Origin: an uncultured Gammaproteobacteria bacterium
Lineage (GTDB): Bacteria; Patescibacteriota; Patescibacteriia; UBA9934
DNA length: 64,000 nt
Reading direction: 5' to 3'
NCBI GenBank assembly: GCA_964599455.1
Contig: CAZREA010000001.1
Coordinates: forward strand, 135,687 to 199,686
The position numbers and the translations under genes were made by a program. Each line of letters opens with the position of its first letter. Position 1 is the first letter of the stretch. Below, piece after piece: positions 57,827 to 64,000 of this stretch. The notes beneath the pieces were generated by a model. The model was not told the DNA's origin. It saw only the letters and a list, made by a program, of their open reading frames with translations, and made no database searches.

Positions 57827-58396
57827 CTAAGCGGCTTGTTCCTGTTGCTCGGTGTCCGTGATCGGAAAAAGCACTTCTCGATTTTGTAAGGCAATGATCG
57901 GTACCGTTCGTCCCGCAAAGGTCCGCTCCGATAATCTCCACTCCACAGAAGTGATCTGTTCGATACCCGGTCGACGCTGAAATACTTCGACTACCTTTGG
58001 GAGATCTTCCACCACGATATTGCACGCCTTACTGTCGCGTCGGGCATCAATCCCGTGCCTCCAGACACCTGTCACTGTCCGCATAGCAGTCAGCGGCAAC
58101 GTCGCGAATCTATGATGCCACGGGGGCGGTAACTTTATCGGAGCTTTTCGTTGACCAAGACCGATCATGCGCAGCCCGGACCACACAAACACGGGTACAT
58201 TGTCCTTCTCGATGAAATCACCCGCAACACCCACAAGCATGCTTGCCAGCGGAACAGCAGAGTCGATTTGCAATACTTCGACAAGCTTATCTACATACTG
58301 GCGTAACCCAATCTCCATACGCCGTCCATCCGATGGACGCAAGGGATCGGTGATCACTACGCACAAATCACCAACCAAAAAAGACGATTCTTCCAA
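57827..58396 (-). CDS. hypothetical protein (high-GC islet)
   Basis: 189 aa ORF, GC-rich, no motif recognised. Confidence 0.35.
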   Translation of the reverse strand: MEESSFLVGDLCVVITDPLRPSDGRRMEIGLRQYVDKLVEVLQIDSAVPLASMLVGVAGDFIEKDNVPVFVWSGLRMIGLGQRKAPIKLPPPWHHRFATLPLTAMRTVTGVWRHGIDARRDSKACNIVVEDLPKVVEVFQRRPGIEQITSVEWRLSERTFAGRTVPIIALQNREVLFPITDTEQQEQAA

Positions 58397-58484
58397 AGCT
58401 CATAAAAAACAAAACCGCGCGCCCACGATCGACGAAGACATCACCAGGTGACATCTTCGCCGTGTAAGCGCGCGACGGGTGAAC

Positions 58485-58946
58485 TTAGCGGGCACGAAGG
58501 TTGATGATCGTCCCTACGATCACGAGCAGGTACCCGAGCGGCACCGGCACAAGCAGGAAAATGGCGGTCAGAAGCTGGAAAATACCATTAACAAGTTTTT
58601 CCAGCCAATTCCTCTTCCTGATGCTGAAATTCGGTATGTCCTCCTGGACCACCGCTCTCATGTTGTCCACATGATGACCTATCACCTCGAAGAACAAGCT
58701 GAGGATGATCAACAGCGGAAGGAAAGTCCCCACTGCGATCATGAGGCCACCGTGATGGGTAGCGTGGATCATTGATGGCGTCGCCATTACCACGCCACCG
58801 ATCGCGAGCAGTACCACCGTCGGTACTCCGAAAAACAGCGGACCAAGACCACTACTTGGAGCACCCTTGGAGCGAAAGATCATGTACCAGGTCCAACCTG
58901 CGACCAGCACTGCCAACAGAATAGCGATATATCCGAGCTGAATCAT
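58485..58946 (-). CDS. hypothetical four-TM membrane protein (high-GC islet)
   Basis: Start trimmed to MIQLGYIAIL. The upstream in-frame extension is Arg-rich non-protein-like sequence. Confidence 0.4.
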   Translation of the reverse strand: MIQLGYIAILLAVLVAGWTWYMIFRSKGAPSSGLGPLFFGVPTVVLLAIGGVVMATPSMIHATHHGGLMIAVGTFLPLLIILSLFFEVIGHHVDNMRAVVQEDIPNFSIRKRNWLEKLVNGIFQLLTAIFLLVPVPLGYLLVIVGTIINLRAR

Positions 58947-59089
58947 CTGAGCACCTCTTCGAAAGGGTTCTATCGACCAGAAAGCCGACGTCTTAATGTA
59001 GGAAACATCTTCCCTTTCGTCAATTTTGGTTATCGGTAAAAACAGGAACGCCGTCGAGCACAAGGCTCGACGGCGAGGAACGCGACGTA

Positions 59090-59407
59090 TTACTTGTCGT
59101 CGTTTCCCAACACGCCCCAGCGACGGAGAATTTCCGCCATCGAGGCCAAGGGAACAACGCTGACAAGCGCGTCGTTGATTGGCCCGAGGATCGCATCGAC
59201 GACCATCGGTCCGACTGCGGGGGCAACGAAGTTCAGCAGGCCGAGGATCACATTCATGACCCAATCAATCGGCCAACCGATGGCGATGCCCAGCACCAGC
59301 CACGCCCAGTGGCAGGTTTGGATTTTTTGCGCCAGGCCACGCAGGATGCCCTTCTTGGCCTCCTGTGCGACCTGTTGCGCAAGTTGTTGCTTACCGGAAT
59401 TCTTCAA
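59090..59407 (-). CDS. small membrane protein (high-GC islet)
   Basis: 105 aa, two hydrophobic helices. Confidence 0.3.
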   Translation of the reverse strand: MKNSGKQQLAQQVAQEAKKGILRGLAQKIQTCHWAWLVLGIAIGWPIDWVMNVILGLLNFVAPAVGPMVVDAILGPINDALVSVVPLASMAEILRRWGVLGNDDK

Positions 59408-59558
59408 CAGACACCTCCCTTAAAGACTCACAAAGTAAGTATTTAAGGGAAACGTTTTGAACAATATATGATAACAAAAAATACTGTTTTCGTCCAATAG
59501 AAAGATATCATCACACATTCTTGCTCGTCGTAATAATGACCGCTACCATGGGTACACT

Positions 59559-61235
59559 ATGACGCAAGAGGAAGCACTTTCTTTACTCAAAACTGGCGTA
59601 AATATTTTTTTAACTGGTGAACCGGGTTCGGGCAAAAGCCATACTGTACGCACGTATGTACAGTATTTACGCTCACATGGTATTGAACCGGCCATTACCG
59701 CATCAACGGGTATTGCTGCTACGCACATTGGTGGCATGACTATTCATTCCTGGAGTGGTATTGGCATCAACAAATATTTGTCAGCAAAAGAATTGCAAGA
59801 AATTGCGAGCCGGGATCGCCTCGTGAAGCGTATGCTCGCAACGCACGTGCTCATTATCGATGAAATTTCCATGCTCAATGGCGCAACACTCAACTTGGTT
59901 GATGTAGTGTGCCGAACAATCAAACGAAAAGATTTACCGTTTGGCGGCATGCAAATTATTTTTGTGGGTGATTTTTTTCAATTGCCACCCGTTACCCGTG
60001 AAGGTAAGGCGCCTGCACAATTTGCTTTTGATGCACAGGCGTGGAAAGCGGCAAATCCGACTATTTGTTATTTATCCGAACAGCATCGACAAGAAGATCC
60101 CGATTTTCTTGAAATCCTTGCCGCAATACGTACAAATCGTATTGAAGAACACCATAAACTTCGTTTACAGGAGCGTCATCATCGCGATACTTCCCTTTCT
60201 GATATTACAAAACTCTTCCCTCATAATGCAGATGTTGATCGCATAAACAATGAACATCTTGCACGTCTTCCCGGAACTGCACGTGCGTACACCATGAATG
60301 CACATGGCAATCCGAATCTTATCGAGCAACTCAAACGGGGATGCTTGTCACCTGACATCTTGCAGCTGAAAAAAAATGCACGCGTCATGTTTACCAAAAA
60401 TCACCCCGAGAATGGTTTTGTGAATGGCACCACCGGCGAGGTCACTGATTTTGCCAAAGAAACCGGATACCCGATCGTTACGTTGCGATCAGGACGGACG
60501 ATTGAAGCTGTTCCGGATAATTGGGCAATTGAAGTTGATGGCAAAGCCTTGGCCGCAATTACACAATTACCTTTACGTCTTGCATGGGCGATGACCGTGC
60601 ATAAAAGCCAAGGCATGTCGCTTGATGCCGCATTTGTTGATTTGTCCGGAGCGTTTGCTTTTGGACAAGGATATGTTGCGCTTTCGCGTGTGCGCACCCT
60701 TGCAGGACTTTTACTGGGAGGATTAAATGCACGTGCGCTCGAAGTTGACACCCGAGTCCTCGAGCAAGACAACATATTCCGCTCGGCATCGAATGAGGCA
60801 CAACACGTCCTGCACACCACCGATGGGATTGAGTATAAAAAACTCCACGAAACATTTATTACCACCTGCGGCGGGACACTTGTGGCAAAAATACTCATTC
60901 CAGGAACATCGGTTAGAGAAAAACCGAAAAAAGAAAAACGCTGGGAACAAACTCTGGCGCTTATTCTTGCCGGAAAAACCGTCACCGACGTAGCTAAGGA
61001 ACGAGGGCGAACCGAAGGCACGATCCTCGAACACCTTGAGGATCTCAAAACACTTGGCACCTTACCGCTCGAAAAAATTACCCACATTTTGGTTCTTGAC
61101 CCCGATGACGTCAACGAGATTCATCATGCCTTTCAGAAATGTGCAGGCGATCAGCTGCGGCCGGTACATGACTTCCTTGAAGGCCGATTTTCCTTTGAAA
61201 ACCTCCGATTAGCTCGACTTTTTCTGAAACATTGA
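59559..61235 (+). CDS. pif1: Pif1/RecD-family SF1 DNA helicase with C-terminal HTH-like tail
   Basis: Walker A TGEPGSGKSH, VLIIDEISM Walker B, and AMTVHKSQG motif near the C-terminal core. Confidence 0.8.
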   Translation: MTQEEALSLLKTGVNIFLTGEPGSGKSHTVRTYVQYLRSHGIEPAITASTGIAATHIGGMTIHSWSGIGINKYLSAKELQEIASRDRLVKRMLATHVLIIDEISMLNGATLNLVDVVCRTIKRKDLPFGGMQIIFVGDFFQLPPVTREGKAPAQFAFDAQAWKAANPTICYLSEQHRQEDPDFLEILAAIRTNRIEEHHKLRLQERHHRDTSLSDITKLFPHNADVDRINNEHLARLPGTARAYTMNAHGNPNLIEQLKRGCLSPDILQLKKNARVMFTKNHPENGFVNGTTGEVTDFAKETGYPIVTLRSGRTIEAVPDNWAIEVDGKALAAITQLPLRLAWAMTVHKSQGMSLDAAFVDLSGAFAFGQGYVALSRVRTLAGLLLGGLNARALEVDTRVLEQDNIFRSASNEAQHVLHTTDGIEYKKLHETFITTCGGTLVAKILIPGTSVREKPKKEKRWEQTLALILAGKTVTDVAKERGRTEGTILEHLEDLKTLGTLPLEKITHILVLDPDDVNEIHHAFQKCAGDQLRPVHDFLEGRFSFENLRLARLFLKH

Positions 61236-61283
61236 CAAAAAAAACAAAAGTATGCATACTGGAGTCTTAATATTATTTTTACT

Positions 61284-61481
61284 ATGACGGGAACGATCAA
61301 AACGTTGACAGACAGAGGGTTCGGTTTTATTCAGGCAGAAGGCCAAGCAAAGGATCTCTTCTTCCACAGCAAATCACTCATTGATGTGATGTTTGACGAG
61401 TTGCGTCAAGGCGACATGGTTTCCTTTGACATCGAAGATGGTCCGAAAGGCCCTGCCGCTGTCAACGTCCGTCGCGCATAA
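61284..61481 (+). CDS. cspA: cold-shock protein (CspA family)
   Basis: GTIKTLTDRGFGFIQAEG RNP1-like motif. 65 aa. Confidence 0.85.
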   Translation: MTGTIKTLTDRGFGFIQAEGQAKDLFFHSKSLIDVMFDELRQGDMVSFDIEDGPKGPAAVNVRRA

Positions 61482-61493
61482 AATCAACCAAAA

Positions 61494-61530
61494 AATCACC
61501 CTGCGTATATCAACGGGTGATTTTTTATTT
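61494..61530 (+). terminator. rho-independent terminator of csp
   Basis: aatcaccc-loop-gggtgatt hairpin plus TTTTTT. Confidence 0.55.
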
Positions 61531-63316
61531 ACTTTTTCTTACTAAAGAATGTAATCACCTCTTCAGCAAGTGCAGGGTCAGCAAACAATTTCAAAATTTT
61601 AGATTTCCCTTGTCGTCTGTTGACTCCGGAGTCTCGAAAATTTCCTATACTGAAATGCTCAGGTTGTTCGCGCTGGAAACGCAAAATGGTTCCTTCAATT
61701 CTATCAACATCATGTTTTTTTCCACCTGGACGCAAAGAAATTTCCTCAGCAATAGCATTAACCGTTTTCCAACCAAGCGGAGCTGTTTCGCGAATCATCT
61801 TTTCCGTAACCGCTGAACAAAGTTCAGGGGAATAATGGGTGCGCAGATTGAAAAGATTATTTTGCTGATCACGCACACTCACCCCTCCTGTTCCAAGATA
61901 GCGATTTATTTTCCAAGCTTTTGTTTCTGCTTCGGGGCTTCCTAACAATTCTTGGAGCGTGTTATCAACGGTTACATTATCTACACCCTCTCTTCCCTGA
62001 GTTGTTAACTGCTCACTAATGACATCAGTGACTCCAGACAATGTTTTCCATTGGTCATTTGGCTTGGAAAGTACAACCAGTAGATCAATCGCTTTCTCTA
62101 CAAATTCGGGATCGTATTCATACAGAGTGTTCCCTGTTCTTCCAACCTCTGCTCTCTCTCGACGATACGGAAGATCAGCAAACGCAGGCAACGTTCTCAT
62201 TTTTTCAAAAAGACCTACAAGAACAGCATCTTGAAAGCCAATACCGTAATCGGTTTTCAAAATACGAAGAATACCTTTTGGCGTTAAATAGTCTTTACCA
62301 ATGTGCGTTTCTGGTTCAGGTTGATTCGTCAGATAATGCTCAACAATGGCACGCCACTTTTCCAAATCCCCGGGATAACTAATGCGACGAGCATCACTTC
62401 CTAAAAACTTCCGCAAGGCCCTCTTTGTCATCTGACTGAGCTGTTTGAAAGAATATTCCCGTTGCACGACAACAAATGTCGCCTCGCCATATTTATCATT
62501 TACAAACACGATTCTTCCTAACTCAGGAAGAATAAAAGCGTGATATGGGGTATCGCGCATGGAAGTAGCATCAACCTCGCCGACAACTTCGCGATAAGAG
62601 TACTTCATGTCATCCAAAAGCATTCGCAACGCATCGACCCGCGGAGCTCCTAATCGCTCCATCCATTCATCGGTCATGCTGCCAGGCACAATCGCACGTT
62701 CCATGGCATCAGGTGGGAGAATAACCCAATCCACTTCCCCTTTTTCAATTTCATTGTCTTCTTTATCAACGGTTCTCTGTTCATCTTTTACTTTCTCACC
62801 CCTCTGTGCTTGTTGAGCTTCGGTCGGGCGAAACAAATCTGATGATGACATTGCTGGTACAACAAAAGGAACAGCATCTGGAAGCAAGGTGGCAAGTGCA
62901 GCTTCGAGAATCAGCAGCTCTTGCATCTCTACGCGAACAGATACAGAAAAAATGCTTTTTTGTTGAGACGCAACAAGGGCAGCGCGACGCTCTGCAAATT
63001 CTTCACGCAATACTTCTGCTTCTTCTTGACGTTGTGCTGCATGAGTAATCTTTTGTATTTTCAAAAGGTCGTCCCACCATTGTCGTTGCAATAATAATCC
63101 TTCTTATCGAAAAACTGCTTCCCTATATTGCGGATGTCTTTGTCCAACCACTTCAATTGCTTCGGTAACGGCAATAATGCCATCAATCTCCGGTGTTCTT
63201 TGAACAAGATACCGAGAGATATCAGCAAAGCGTTCTTCGGCAGCTTTCCCATCTCCGCCCCTTGTCGGGGTCATCTCCGCACCAGGCCTTGGCGCTCCAT
63301 CACGAAATTTCGACAT
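61529..63316 (-). pseudogene. large hypothetical gene (~595 codons) interrupted by a single in-frame TAA (63104-63106)
   Basis: The 70-aa ORF 63104..63316 and the 520-codon ORF 61529..63091 are in the same frame. The latter begins at a TTG. Only one stop codon and 12 nt separate them, and the sequence reads continuously across the join (...REAVFR-stop-EGLLLQRQWWDD...). Confidence 0.5.
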
Positions 63317-63598
63317 AGCTTCTTCTATTATAAAACGTTTCCATCTAGATCATCAATCAAAACCCTGAATTACTCCGTGTCATCGATAACGATCATTTTC
63401 GTCACATAAAAAAGAATAGGGAATCCCCTTCTGTTCCAGGTTTGAATGAATTTTTCATTATGAGTAAAGTCTCTAATATTAGCCATGTTATCGACTCTTA
63501 CCCTTGTAAAGATGGCGAATTTCTGCTATAATTTCTCGTTAAGCTGGATCTTTTTCCAGTGTCCATTTCGTTCTCATGATTCTGTATCGTGATAACCA

Positions 63599-63820
63599 AT
63601 GGGCAAATTCCACGCCCTTCATGGAGGTTTAGTGACAACGAATCTTCTTCGCGATCATTACCACCGGCCGGCCTGGCACGGCTGGCTGCTCGTGGGCGGC
63701 CTCTTCTCAGCTTTCATGATCTTCACCTGGTTTCACCACCTCTCGTCGCAGAAGGGACCGATCTGTACTGAGCAGGGCGAGATGATCCCCTGCCCGGCAG
63801 AGTGGCTCCGACAGAAGTAG
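63599..63820 (+). CDS. small two-TM membrane protein (high-GC)
   Basis: 73 aa ORF followed by a 14-bp-stem hairpin. Confidence 0.3.
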   Translation: MGKFHALHGGLVTTNLLRDHYHRPAWHGWLLVGGLFSAFMIFTWFHHLSSQKGPICTEQGEMIPCPAEWLRQK

Positions 63821-63831
63821 TACCCTCCCGT

Positions 63832-63864
63832 CCTCAGACCCGTTCAGCGCGAACGGGTCTGAGG
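63832..63864. repeat. perfect 14-bp inverted repeat with 5-nt loop (cctcagacccgttc agcgc gaacgggtctgagg)
   Basis: Read directly from the sequence. No U-tract follows, so it is not a canonical intrinsic terminator. Confidence 0.5.
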
Positions 63865-64000
63865 TCCATCCGCATGCATGATGTCTTCCTCCACATCGTG
63901 CCTGCAGATGGGACTTCAATTCACTCGGAGGAAAGTATGTGGGATTTTTTCCAAGCGCTACGCAAACTCCTGACCGGAGAAGAAGAAAATCTCCCCTTCG

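Noticed and set aside
63104-63106. Possibility that in-frame TAA codons reflect stop-codon reassignment
   Set aside because: TAA is clearly used as a genuine terminator for several well-defined genes in the window, for example nadE at 33567 and the small ORF at 40040. A mutation or sequencing error is more parsimonious.
1-64000. CRISPR arrays or other regularly spaced direct repeats
   Set aside because: No repeat-spacer periodicity noticed anywhere. The only notable repeats are protein-internal (Ig-like repeats, NDT tandem) or regulatory palindromes.

Overview
This 64 kb window has two compositional regimes. Positions ~1-17,630 are high-GC (~58-62%) and gene-dense with copper/metal homeostasis functions. 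A large serine recombinase (304..1668) opens this block, suggesting an integrative metal-resistance island whose left end lies outside the window. The island contains three operons. First, a minus-strand operon read 5.9 kb to 2.0 kb under a divergent ArsR/SmtB regulator: periplasmic His-rich protein, an ATP-cone/Mrr-like nuclease-fold protein, a His-rich P1B-type ATPase with an unusual CPD motif, and a small His-rich membrane peptide. Second, a minus-strand operon read 11.3 kb to 6.3 kb: DsbA, membrane proteins, a YtkA-like protein, a CTD-less CDF transporter, DUF3105, and a Met-rich multicopper oxidase. Third, a plus-strand csoR operon with a candidate CsoR operator: csoR, a secreted protein, a membrane protein with HMA domain, DsbD_2-like transmembrane domain and C-terminal cupredoxin-like domain (HMA-DsbD_2-cupredoxin), copZ, and a two-HMA copA. 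The remaining ~46 kb is a low-GC (~40-45%) backbone carrying many small accessory genes (GrpB, LRR lipoprotein plus APH-like kinase, YdeI, CDA-like deaminase, CYTH, pyrimidine-dimer glycosylase, DUF1761, DUF1801, VOC, SRPBCC). It also carries an NrtR-controlled NAD salvage locus: nrtR, a high-GC nadV, NMNAT, a PRTase domain, a frameshifted Asp racemase, a NadE fused to a 2OG-Fe(II) oxygenase-like domain, and a convergent tandem protein similar to nucleoside 2-deoxyribosyltransferases and TIR-like domains (NDT/TIR-like). Other backbone content is a MarR-controlled heterodimeric ABC exporter, a candidate HEPN-like plus P-loop kinase pair, a DinJ antitoxin with a nonsense-disrupted YafQ toxin, housekeeping genes (truB, trhO, greA, ABC-F, pif1, cspA, HI0933 flavoprotein, M23 peptidase), and several short high-GC islets (LemA module ~48.0-49.9 kb; ~53.7-54.3 kb; ~57.75-59.4 kb; ~63.6-63.9 kb). 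At least five genes are disrupted by three homopolymer frameshifts and two in-frame TAA codons. No rRNA, tRNA or CRISPR array was recognised. Function calls rest on motif recognition by eye from the translated ORFs; no database searches were run.
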